From contig CBDAOB010000003.1 in assembly GCA_965197905.1 (NCBI GenBank), positions 800,001 through 864,000 of the forward strand: a stretch of 64,000 bases of DNA. Direction: 5' to 3'. How positions within the stretch are numbered: the first letter of the stretch is position 1; each line of letters begins with the position of its first letter. Origin of the DNA: Candidatus Latescibacterota bacterium (lineage in GTDB: Bacteria > Latescibacterota > UBA2968 > UBA8231). Under the pieces are notes generated by a model. It was not told where the DNA came from. It made no database searches and saw nothing but the letters and a program-made list of their open reading frames with translations. Of this stretch, positions 55,870-64,000 are shown in pieces. The translations under genes were made by a program, and so were the position numbers.

Positions 55870-58020
55870 ATGAAAAATGTGAGCCTTTCCACCTTGATAC
55901 TTGCCGGAGTACTGTTTGGTGCCATTTGCGGCATCTTCCTCGGTGAGTACGCATCCGGGCTCTCGGTGGTGGGCGATGCCTTCATCGGTCTTCTGCAGAT
56001 GACGGTGCTGCCGTACATAATCGTCGCCCTCATCTCCAACATCGGGCGGCTGTCGGTTGCCGAGGGACGGCGTTTCGGGTTCTACGCCGGCGCCTTCCTC
56101 CTGGTTTCTGTGGGATTGACGCTGGGTGCCATCGTCCTTTTGCCCCTGTCGCTGCCAGCGCGCGAATCCGCCTCATTCTTCAGCACCGGTTCGTTGCAAG
56201 ATCCGACCGAGGTGGATTTCCTCGGTCTCTTCATCCCGTCGAATCCGTTCCACTCACTGGCAAACAACGTAGTCCCGGCCGTCGTTCTCTTCTGTATCGC
56301 CGTCGGTCTGGCGGTCATGACCTTGAAGCAAAAGCAACTCGTTCTCGATCCGCTGGATTTCCTGACCGACGCGCTGGGCCGCATCAACCGGTCGCTGGTC
56401 AAGCTGACGCCGCTGGGCGTCTTCGCCATCGTGGCTAGCACCTCCGGCACGATGCAGATTGACGAGCTGGACCGACTGCATGCGTACCTGATTCTGTTCG
56501 GTGTGGCAACGCTGGTTATCGGATTCGGGGTTCTGCTCCCGCTGCTTTCGGTATTGACGCCGTTCTCTTATGGACAGCTCCTGCGCGTGTCCCGGGCCCC
56601 CGTTCTCACGGCGTTCGCTACCGGCAAGGTATTTATTGTGCTGCCGATGCTGGTGGTGGCCAGCGAGGAGCTCTTTCGGGAGCAGGATGCGAATTCGGAG
56701 CGGTCTGTTTCTTACGCCCGCGCTGTAACGCCGCTGGTTTATCCCTTCCCCCACGCTGGGAAGCTGTTGGCACTGCTGTTCCTCCCTTTCGCTGCCTGGT
56801 TCGTCGATCAACCGATCGCGGTGCACCAGTATCCTTTGCTGCTTGGAACGGGCCTCTTCAGTTTATTCGGAAGCCCACTGGCCGCTATCCCTTTCTTGCT
56901 GGACCAGCTGAGGTTGCCGGCGGATATGTTTCAGCTCTTCGTTGTTTCTGGACTCCTGGCCAGTCGATTAGGAGATCTTCTCGGGACGATTCATCTCCTG
57001 TTCGTGTCGGTTTTGACTACGTGCGCGCTGACAGGGAAGCTGCGGTTACAGCTACGCAAGATGGTGCCTGTCTGCCTCTTCATCGTCCTGTTCGGAGCCG
57101 GCGCCACCGGTGCCACGCGAGCGTTCCTGTCCAGTACGCTGGACGAAACCTACGACAAGGACAGCTTCATCAGCGGTATGCACTCGGCGCTTCATGCTTC
57201 GGTGCCGGCACGTGTCCACACGTCCGTTCCCTCATTTGGCGAATTGGCCAGGCAAACTACCCTCAGCCGGATCGAACAAACCGGACGGTTGCGTGTGGGG
57301 TATCATCCAAACAATCTGCCGTGGAGCTTCTTTAATGCCTCGGGGGAGTTGGTGGGGTACGATGTGGATATGGCACATCTACTAGCACTCCACCTGCGAT
57401 GCGAGTTGGAGTTCGTGCCCTTCGAGTTTCGGGATATCTCCGAGCAGCTGGAGCGAGACGATTTCGATCTGGCCATGTCAGGGGTAACCATGTTGTCGGC
57501 GCGGATCGCCAAGCTTCTTTTCACGGAGCCGTACATCGACATTACGGCGGCCTTGCTCGTTCCCGATCATCGCCGCGAAGAGTTCGACCAACGCATGGTA
57601 GACAGAGACTTCGACGATGTGCGCATCGCGGTGGGGAGAACAAGCGATGCCGCACCCATCGCCCGGGCGCTGATGCCCGGCGCCGAAACGGTGACCCTGC
57701 CGTCGCTAAGGGAATACCTCGATTCGGGCGGACGCCAGGCTGATGCGATGATATGGACCGCAGAGAGCGGTGGGGCGTGGACGCTGGTGCACCCGGAATT
57801 CAGCGTTGTGGTCATTCGGCCGGTGTTCATTGCGCCGGTCGGCTACGCAACCGCGCGTCACAACGAAGAATTCGCCAATTTCGTCTCGAGCTGGATCCAG
57901 TTCGCGAAGGCGGGCGGATACGGTGACCGGCTCTACGAGCACTGGATTCTGGGTCAGGACGCGCAAGGGCAGACGCAGCGCTGGAGTGTCATCCGAGACG
58001 TTTTGCACTGGGTCGACTAG
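55870..58020 (+). CDS. Dicarboxylate/amino acid:cation symporter fused to a periplasmic substrate-binding (family 3) domain
   Basis: GDAFIGLLQMTVLPYI, FIPSNPF, LTPLGVFAI; C-terminal GRLRVGY...PWSFFN..GELVGYDVDMA. Confidence 0.88.
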   Translation: MKNVSLSTLILAGVLFGAICGIFLGEYASGLSVVGDAFIGLLQMTVLPYIIVALISNIGRLSVAEGRRFGFYAGAFLLVSVGLTLGAIVLLPLSLPARESASFFSTGSLQDPTEVDFLGLFIPSNPFHSLANNVVPAVVLFCIAVGLAVMTLKQKQLVLDPLDFLTDALGRINRSLVKLTPLGVFAIVASTSGTMQIDELDRLHAYLILFGVATLVIGFGVLLPLLSVLTPFSYGQLLRVSRAPVLTAFATGKVFIVLPMLVVASEELFREQDANSERSVSYARAVTPLVYPFPHAGKLLALLFLPFAAWFVDQPIAVHQYPLLLGTGLFSLFGSPLAAIPFLLDQLRLPADMFQLFVVSGLLASRLGDLLGTIHLLFVSVLTTCALTGKLRLQLRKMVPVCLFIVLFGAGATGATRAFLSSTLDETYDKDSFISGMHSALHASVPARVHTSVPSFGELARQTTLSRIEQTGRLRVGYHPNNLPWSFFNASGELVGYDVDMAHLLALHLRCELEFVPFEFRDISEQLERDDFDLAMSGVTMLSARIAKLLFTEPYIDITAALLVPDHRREEFDQRMVDRDFDDVRIAVGRTSDAAPIARALMPGAETVTLPSLREYLDSGGRQADAMIWTAESGGAWTLVHPEFSVVVIRPVFIAPVGYATARHNEEFANFVSSWIQFAKAGGYGDRLYEHWILGQDAQGQTQRWSVIRDVLHWVD

Positions 58021-58048
58021 GTCGGCAACCTCGGTCGCAGTCAGGCGC

Positions 58049-58459
58049 TCAGCTCTCGATACTGATCCGGACTTTGTGTTCCGGACGCTCGTACAGGTGC
58101 CCGCCGGCGCCGGGCAGCGCTATGCCAACCCTTATCGAAGGTCCATCACCTCTGGGAAAGATGTGGTGGAAGGTCAGAGCGGGGACATAGACGAAATCCC
58201 CCGCCTTGGCGTGAACCGGCCGGTCTTCGCGACCCTCGATGACCCAATCGATTTCCCCCTCCAAAACAACCCACCATTCGTCATGGTTGTGGCAATGGCG
58301 GTCGTTCTCGTGCCCGCTCTCCTGGTAGATGACAGCCCCGAAGATATGATCCGCCAATACCACGGGGTGAGACCAGGGTGGGGGACCTAATTCCCGCTTT
58401 ATCTCTTCAAGGCTAATGCTGTTCAGCGCGCTGCTCAGTATCGGATTCTCAAGTGCCAT
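58049..58459 (-). CDS. Cupin domain protein
   Basis: HCHNHDEWWVVLEG...GDFVYVPALTFHHI. Confidence 0.88.
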   Translation of the reverse strand: MALENPILSSALNSISLEEIKRELGPPPWSHPVVLADHIFGAVIYQESGHENDRHCHNHDEWWVVLEGEIDWVIEGREDRPVHAKAGDFVYVPALTFHHIFPRGDGPSIRVGIALPGAGGHLYERPEHKVRISIES

Positions 58460-58471
58460 GGGTATCCCTCA

Positions 58472-59515
58472 TTAGTTGACCGCCGGCATTTTCACGCCGA
58501 GCTCGTTTCCTAACTCTACCAGCTGTTGCCAGGTCGGCCCAGCTACGTCGATGCCTTCCGCGAGATGCTTTTTCCGGTTCTCCTCCTCTATTTCCCCCGG
58601 GGCATAGATCCTCTCGACCCCTGGGAGGGGGCGCGCCGACCTTACCCAATCTGCCAGCTTTTCAACCTCCTGACAATAACTTTCCATATCGGTGAATTGG
58701 GCAATGTCCAGCGCCATGATCGCGATGCCGCCGCCCCCACCGGCGCCGTCTGTGCAGCCGGCACCCGTCAGGGGTCCAACGATCATCTCGATCATCATTG
58801 CCAGGCCGTAACCCTTGTGCCCAAACTGTAATCCACCGAGGGGCAGTATGGCGTTGTCGTTCGCATTTTCATACTTCGCGGCATCGTTAACGTACTCTCC
58901 GTTCCGGTCGATTACCCAACCATCGGGAAGGGGCTCATCGTGAACGAGCTTCTCCGCGATCTTGCCACCGGCTACCGTGCTCATGGTCATGTCCAGTAGA
59001 AACGGCGAGCCATCCTTTTGCGGAATTCCTATGGCGATTGGCTCGGGTCGGAGCCGACGTTCGGCGCTACCGAAGGGTGCCAAGAACATGGAGCCGCCGT
59101 TCATCCAGACCATGCCGATCATTCCTTCGGCGGTGATCCGGGGCGGATAATCTCCCAGCCGTCCTATGTGGGAAACGTTGCGCAGACCAACGAATCCGAA
59201 TCCGCAGTAGCGTGCTTTTTTTACGGCGAGCTCGGTCAACCGGGTGACGGCAGCGATACCGTTGCCCCCTTTACCATCAATAATCGCAAACGCGGGTGTA
59301 TCCTTTTCCACGGATCTTTCCTCCCAGCGGACGTAGTTTTCGCGCCACTGATTGATGTAGTTCGGCAGGAAACGGACCCCGTGGGAATCGTGACCCACCA
59401 GATTGCTGGTGGCCAAATGGTTCGCGACCATGTCTGCGTCTTCAGGAGGAACACCCGCAGCGACAAGCAGTTCGCTGCCAAGGGTCCTCAATGCCTCGTG
59501 CTGCACGATGGGCAT
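58472..59515 (-). CDS. Ldh_2 (type 2 malate/L-lactate dehydrogenase) family oxidoreductase
   Basis: GHDSHGV, HIGRLG, LDMTMSTVAGGK, GHKGYGL, PGE.E. Confidence 0.92.
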   Translation of the reverse strand: MPIVQHEALRTLGSELLVAAGVPPEDADMVANHLATSNLVGHDSHGVRFLPNYINQWRENYVRWEERSVEKDTPAFAIIDGKGGNGIAAVTRLTELAVKKARYCGFGFVGLRNVSHIGRLGDYPPRITAEGMIGMVWMNGGSMFLAPFGSAERRLRPEPIAIGIPQKDGSPFLLDMTMSTVAGGKIAEKLVHDEPLPDGWVIDRNGEYVNDAAKYENANDNAILPLGGLQFGHKGYGLAMMIEMIVGPLTGAGCTDGAGGGGGIAIMALDIAQFTDMESYCQEVEKLADWVRSARPLPGVERIYAPGEIEEENRKKHLAEGIDVAGPTWQQLVELGNELGVKMPAVN

Positions 59516-59555
59516 ACTCAGGTCCTTTCATCAAGATTGAAACGGCTACTGGAAC

Positions 59556-59602
59556 TGTCTGAGAGGCGCAGCGACCAACGAACTGGAACGGCGCCTCAGA
59601 CA
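59556..59602. terminator. Intergenic inverted repeat
   Basis: TGTCTGAG(AG)GCGC ... GCGCCTCAGACA with a 21-nt loop. Confidence 0.3.
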
Positions 59603-59614
59603 AAATAGCACCGA

Positions 59615-61765
59615 TCAAGCCACGCTGATCGGAAATTCCTGTTCCAGCCAGCCTTCGCCATCTCTTGCCCGCACTTTCAACGAATGTGCACCCGCCGGTA
59701 TCAAGTGGTCATCCTCGAGCGCTTCCGACCCCAGGATGTAGGGAGGTTTCTCGTAGCTATTGATGCGACTGCCGTCCACCCAAAGCTCGACCGCCTTCCC
59801 GTCAACACCCTCCACCCAGACGCGAAGTCGTTCATACGGCTGGTAGGTTCCTTTCCTGTGGGGCGCCGACAAGTAGATCCCTTTGCTGTAGCGGCTTTGC
59901 TCTTGCAATTCGCGTTCTTGCCATCTTTTCAAGGATTCCGAGGAGCCGGCCAGCGAGATATATCGCCGCGTGTGCGAACGACTCACAGGTGCATCACACT
60001 GGTAGATGAATACTCCTTCCGCGCCCGCTTCGTAACAGTTGAGCAGCCGCTGAAACCAGAGCCCCGGTAAGGGCACGCAGGGCTCAACGTTGGGCAGGAT
60101 CTTGGTCTTTGTTCCTTTAGCGGCCTCCAGGTATTCGTCGATCTCGAAGCAGAGCGGGTTGTTGAAGATGTTGCTGGGAACCAGAAAGTCCGCTAACTCT
60201 TCCTCGATCCATGTCTCGTAGTCCATACATTCGCTCATGGGCGCGCCGCGAGCCGGAAAACGCACTAACACCGCGACCGGCCCTTCTTCCGCTGTAGAAA
60301 ATCGGTCGGCCAGCTGGCGCAGCTGCCGCAGAAAAATGGTGACCGTCTGGTTGTTTTTCAGAGCATGGGGATAGCGGCACCAATCGGTAGAAATGTGCCG
60401 CGCTCCCATTTCCAGCATTTCCTCGAACAAAGACAGGATATATACGCGCACCTCGGGTATTTCGTAGAGCAGTGCCGATTGCTCGTTCCAATCGGGATGC
60501 TCTCGGGAAAACTCCGATTCAAAGTTTGTGCCCGCATAGCAATTGGTGGCACCCATGTTCGCACGCGGCTCGATGCCCAGCTGGCGGGCATATTTGAACT
60601 GCGATTCGAAGGTGTTGGTGTACTGCACCATGCGGCCCACGTTAGCTGTGTGTGGAACCTCGCCCCTCACCGGATCACCGTGGGTCTCGGTTACGAGCTG
60701 CGTTCCGACCCTCGTTTCGCTGACCGAAGAGGATCCACCACGCAGGAATTGAATATCCAGCATGTCCACCCTCGCTTCGGCGAAGGCCAGCAGCGGCTCC
60801 CGGTGCTGCAGATTGCTTTCGATCTTCTGGGTAAAGGACCATCCATACGGTTCCTGATAACCGATCACGAGCCGCCGTGGATCGTCCGCTCGCCATTCCT
60901 CTTCGAGGCGCCGTACATCCTCCGGTGCGAGAGGTACCAACCGAATCGTGTCGAGCGCTGCGCGAAACTCCTCTTCATATTCGTAGACGGTTCGGTACGG
61001 TTGCCTGATGATCAGGTTTTGCCAGTCCATGTCCGCCCATTTCCAGAACGCTTCCTCGCCGGGTCGAATGGCGGGGTCAGTCGGCTCCAGGTCGAGATGA
61101 GAAGCAAACCCGAAATCCTCGATGCGCTCGTCTCCGGATAGCCGCAACTCTATGCAACACAGCTTGGGAGGCAGCGAAACGAACAAGGCGTGGGGTCCAC
61201 GCAGGTCCAATGGATAGGTGAGTTGGGGCAGCTCGATGTTCTTCTCCCGAACCTCGAGCGAGCGACAACCCGCAGGGGCATCATCACCGGTCTGACCGGT
61301 ACGCCACCACCAGACCGCTTCACCCAGAGCGGGGTCGGTGGCCACGGATTGATTCTGCAGCACCTGCGACCAATCGTCCAGCAGGACCACATCGCCATTG
61401 TCCAGATCAAGCAGAACCTCGCCCGTCGCCAACTGATCCGCGTCGTCCCACAAGGTGATTCTCACCCTCGCCGAGTGTTGATTGGCGTAACGCGGGAACG
61501 GATTCCAGATCAAGGTCCGCTTCGATCCGGCGGCACGGCGCTCGATCAGGGTCCCGCTGCGTACACCTGTTTGCCAATCATCGGGTGGCGTCAGCGCACT
61601 GGCGGTAGGACTGATGTGGCCCCAGACAACGGCGGGCTCCCATTCGACGTTCGGTTCAGGCCGGACCTGGCAGGTGACCCGAACCTCCTCCGGTCCGGTG
61701 GCTGGCACCTGGTAGGAGAGATACACGTAACGCGTGACCGGATCTGTCCGACGCTGAATATCCAT
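59615..61765 (-). CDS. Hypothetical protein with a GH-like TIM barrel and C-terminal Ig-like domain
   Basis: EHPDW...YEIPEVR...DWCRYP...MDYETWIEEELADFLVP...GAEGVFIY; tail VELWVDG...PPY...GAHSLKVRA. Confidence 0.7.
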   Translation of the reverse strand: MDIQRRTDPVTRYVYLSYQVPATGPEEVRVTCQVRPEPNVEWEPAVVWGHISPTASALTPPDDWQTGVRSGTLIERRAAGSKRTLIWNPFPRYANQHSARVRITLWDDADQLATGEVLLDLDNGDVVLLDDWSQVLQNQSVATDPALGEAVWWWRTGQTGDDAPAGCRSLEVREKNIELPQLTYPLDLRGPHALFVSLPPKLCCIELRLSGDERIEDFGFASHLDLEPTDPAIRPGEEAFWKWADMDWQNLIIRQPYRTVYEYEEEFRAALDTIRLVPLAPEDVRRLEEEWRADDPRRLVIGYQEPYGWSFTQKIESNLQHREPLLAFAEARVDMLDIQFLRGGSSSVSETRVGTQLVTETHGDPVRGEVPHTANVGRMVQYTNTFESQFKYARQLGIEPRANMGATNCYAGTNFESEFSREHPDWNEQSALLYEIPEVRVYILSLFEEMLEMGARHISTDWCRYPHALKNNQTVTIFLRQLRQLADRFSTAEEGPVAVLVRFPARGAPMSECMDYETWIEEELADFLVPSNIFNNPLCFEIDEYLEAAKGTKTKILPNVEPCVPLPGLWFQRLLNCYEAGAEGVFIYQCDAPVSRSHTRRYISLAGSSESLKRWQERELQEQSRYSKGIYLSAPHRKGTYQPYERLRVWVEGVDGKAVELWVDGSRINSYEKPPYILGSEALEDDHLIPAGAHSLKVRARDGEGWLEQEFPISVA

Positions 61766-61899
61766 TGGATGCCCTTTCATTGACCTCAAAGGCCGTTCGC
61801 CACATGGTTGGGGGACCGCAATTAAAACACCGATCAGGTGCTCGGGCAACTCGCAGCAGCCAGAGCGAGGCTGTCTACTTCTACTTGAATGGGGCAGAT

Positions 61900-63450
61900 A
61901 TGAACGATGATGAGCCGATTCCCTTACCCTTGCTGGATCACCGCAGCATCTGGTCATCCCACCGCAGGATCGATGATGATGGTTCCCTCTGGTCCGACGA
62001 TCCGCCTGTTGGAGTGAAGCTGCGGGTCGAGCCGGCACGGAAGTCGGATATCTTCCTGCACGCCGAGCGACCATGGGAGGACGAAGCCAGGTTGCGCGTC
62101 AACACGGTGCTATACGATGAGGGGCGCTTTCGCTTGTGGTACGGTTCCGACAAATACGACCCTGATTCGGGAAGCTATACCTGCTACGCGGAAAGTACCG
62201 ACGGATTCGCATGGGACTGCTACGCGGAAAGTACCGACGGATTCGCATGGGAGAGGCCCGAGCTCAACTTGATCGACTACGATGGCTCCAAAAAGAACAA
62301 CATCATCAGCTGCAATGGGGAACACTTCCTGCAATGCATTCTGAAGGATCCCGCTGCGCCCCCGGAAACGAGGTACAAATCGATCGGCCCGAAGGGCCGC
62401 TATTTCCGCGACGGCAAATACGATCCCAACATGACGCAAAAGGAGGTCAAGAAGCTGCTGGTGGATATGGAACTGGGAGGTGTCGCCCCCGAGGATCGTC
62501 GCAAGAAGATCCAGATCCACTCGGCAGTGCGCGCATCTGTGTCGCCGGATGGGTTGCGCTGGACCAATCTCGAGGAACCGCTCATCGATGTCGGACCGAC
62601 GGCGCTGGATACTCACAATCTAGTTACCTTCGATCCGTTCGAGGGTAGATACGTGCTCTACTTGCGCGGGGGCAGCGACGAGCGCCGGCGGCACGTGCGC
62701 CGGGCAGACAGCGCGGAGTTCGCCCAGTTCGACAACCTGCGCCCCTGTCTGGTGGCAGATCCTCAGGACGATATCAGTGATGATATCTACAATCCATGTT
62801 ATACGGTGTATCCGAATGGCCTCCGCTTCTACCTCATGTTTCCCTCTCTCTACCACCGCGTCGAATCCCATGTGGACGCTCAGCTGGCTGTTAGCCGCGA
62901 CAGCTATCTGTGGCAGCGGCCGGAGCGCGTGCCGATCATCGATCTCGCGCACGAAGGTGGTGAATACGGCTCCCTCTACGCCGCGCCCAACCTGGCGGCT
63001 CCCGAAGAGGGAGATTGGCGCCTTGCGTTTTCTGGGTCTGAACGCAAACACGACTTTCGTGCCCGCGGCTCCGCCCCGCGCGCGCCCGACAGGAGCGAAC
63101 TCCGCTGGGCATTGTGGAAGCCGAACCGATTGGCCGGATTAGATGCAGAGGGGGAGGGACGCGTCGTGCTGAATATGCGGATCTGCGCCGGTGCTGAGAT
63201 GCGATTGAACTACCGGACCGAAGCCGACGGATGGGTAAAGGCGGAACTGGTGCATCCTCCGTCGACACCACCCCGTGAGGTCGAGGCGTTCGAAGGATTT
63301 TCCCTCGCCGAGGCTGAGAAGCTGACGGGAGACGAGGTTTCACGGGTGGTGCGCTGGAACGGCAACAGCGATCTGTCGAGCCTTAAAGGGAGGGAAGTAG
63401 CGGTTCGGCTGCGCATGAATAAAGCAAAGGTCTTTTCCACCGCCTTATAG
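61900..63450 (+). CDS. Uncharacterised GH-like beta-propeller protein, paralogue of 37292-38782
   Basis: YAESTDGFAWERPELNLIDYDGSKKNN, PPETRYK, SPDGLRW, QLAVSRD...W, DLSSLKGR.V. Confidence 0.82.
   Translation: MNDDEPIPLPLLDHRSIWSSHRRIDDDGSLWSDDPPVGVKLRVEPARKSDIFLHAERPWEDEARLRVNTVLYDEGRFRLWYGSDKYDPDSGSYTCYAESTDGFAWDCYAESTDGFAWERPELNLIDYDGSKKNNIISCNGEHFLQCILKDPAAPPETRYKSIGPKGRYFRDGKYDPNMTQKEVKKLLVDMELGGVAPEDRRKKIQIHSAVRASVSPDGLRWTNLEEPLIDVGPTALDTHNLVTFDPFEGRYVLYLRGGSDERRRHVRRADSAEFAQFDNLRPCLVADPQDDISDDIYNPCYTVYPNGLRFYLMFPSLYHRVESHVDAQLAVSRDSYLWQRPERVPIIDLAHEGGEYGSLYAAPNLAAPEEGDWRLAFSGSERKHDFRARGSAPRAPDRSELRWALWKPNRLAGLDAEGEGRVVLNMRICAGAEMRLNYRTEADGWVKAELVHPPSTPPREVEAFEGFSLAEAEKLTGDEVSRVVRWNGNSDLSSLKGREVAVRLRMNKAKVFSTAL
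62181..62252 (+). repeat. Perfect in-frame 36-bp tandem duplication
   Basis: CTGCTACGCGGAAAGTACCGACGGATTCGCATGGGA x2 (CYAESTDGFAWD/CYAESTDGFAWE). Confidence 0.95.
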
Positions 63451-63477
63451 CCCGAGGCGCGACGCCGCCGGAGCAGG

Positions 63478-64000
63478 TCACACATCGTGACACAATACCA
63501 GCAGCTCGCACTGCTCCAGCGAGGGCCAGTTGGGACCGACTCCGGGGCCGGAGCGGTACCAGCCAGCGGGCGAGTGGCTACCCTCCAGAAGAACCAGCAC
63601 GGCGTTCTCACCCTTGATCAGCGGCGGATCATCCACCACAAGCCACGAATCGCCGGCTGAATTTTCGATGGTTCGCGCTGCGCTCAGCCCGAACTTCGTT
63701 CCGTTCACCTCGCAGGTGAGGCGATCAAGGGAGAGCTCGTGTTCGCTGAGTTTGAGCCGCAGCTCCGTCTTCCGGATGCGACCGCTCGCCCGTCCCTCCT
63801 CCACATCGTCTTCCACGCACAATCTCAAAGCGTGAAGAGGGCCGGCCCCGCGCCCGCGGATGGAGATCTTGAACGGAATCTGCGCTGCGAAATCGCCGGG
63901 ATACTTGTGGGCGTTCAGGTTGTAACAACGATTCAACTCAACCAGACGGTCGGGATCGGCGAGATCTTGCAATAGCTGCAGGTCCCCGCGGGTGAAGCGA
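63478..64000 (-). CDS. C-terminal part of a hypothetical protein entering from beyond the window end
   Basis: Frame open to the window edge: LLQDLADPDRL...EVNG...PPLIKGENAV. Confidence 0.6.
   Translation of the reverse strand, partial: RFTRGDLQLLQDLADPDRLVELNRCYNLNAHKYPGDFAAQIPFKISIRGRGAGPLHALRLCVEDDVEEGRASGRIRKTELRLKLSEHELSLDRLTCEVNGTKFGLSAARTIENSAGDSWLVVDDPPLIKGENAVLVLLEGSHSPAGWYRSGPGVGPNWPSLEQCELLVLCHDV

Noticed and set aside
1..64000. Many long antisense or alternate-frame ORFs (e.g. 6517-7722, 7173-8342, 20443-21561, 25559-26578, 32441-33430, 40396-41439)
   Set aside because: They overlap well-supported genes, have low-information Arg/Pro/Ala-rich translations, and are expected shadows in GC-rich DNA.
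1..64000. CRISPR array, tRNA or rRNA
   Set aside because: No regularly spaced repeats, cas genes or recognisable structural RNA seen by eye; the 36-bp repeat at 62181 is tandem, has no spacer and is coding.

Overview
GC-rich (roughly 60%, judged by eye) bacterial window with about 50 CDS. I saw no rRNA, tRNA or CRISPR array. It is dominated by catabolic and poorly characterised enzymes: five full-length and one truncated member of an uncharacterised, apparently cytoplasmic, glycoside-hydrolase-like beta-propeller family, and four PhyH-type Fe/2OG oxygenases, one lacking the HxD carboxylate. It also encodes an enolase-superfamily enzyme, a nitrilase-family hydrolase, a CocE/NonD hydrolase, a GH29 fucosidase and DUF3604. 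Transport and envelope genes include a PQQ-dehydrogenase/cytochrome c/TonB-receptor locus, a lipoprotein-lipoprotein-TonB receptor-PhoD operon and several transporters. This content resembles Latescibacterota/Poribacteria-type genomes (inference only). The 14.0-19.0 kb interval looks like a decayed integration hotspot. It holds a displaced 101-bp copy of part of the downstream dehydrogenase gene, two synonymous copies of one gene 3' end, several other gene fragments, a tyrosine-recombinase remnant and a DUF1016-N/staphylococcal-nuclease fusion. Several genes carry single-base frameshifts or an in-frame stop that may be assembly errors. All calls come from motif recognition by eye; no searches were run.
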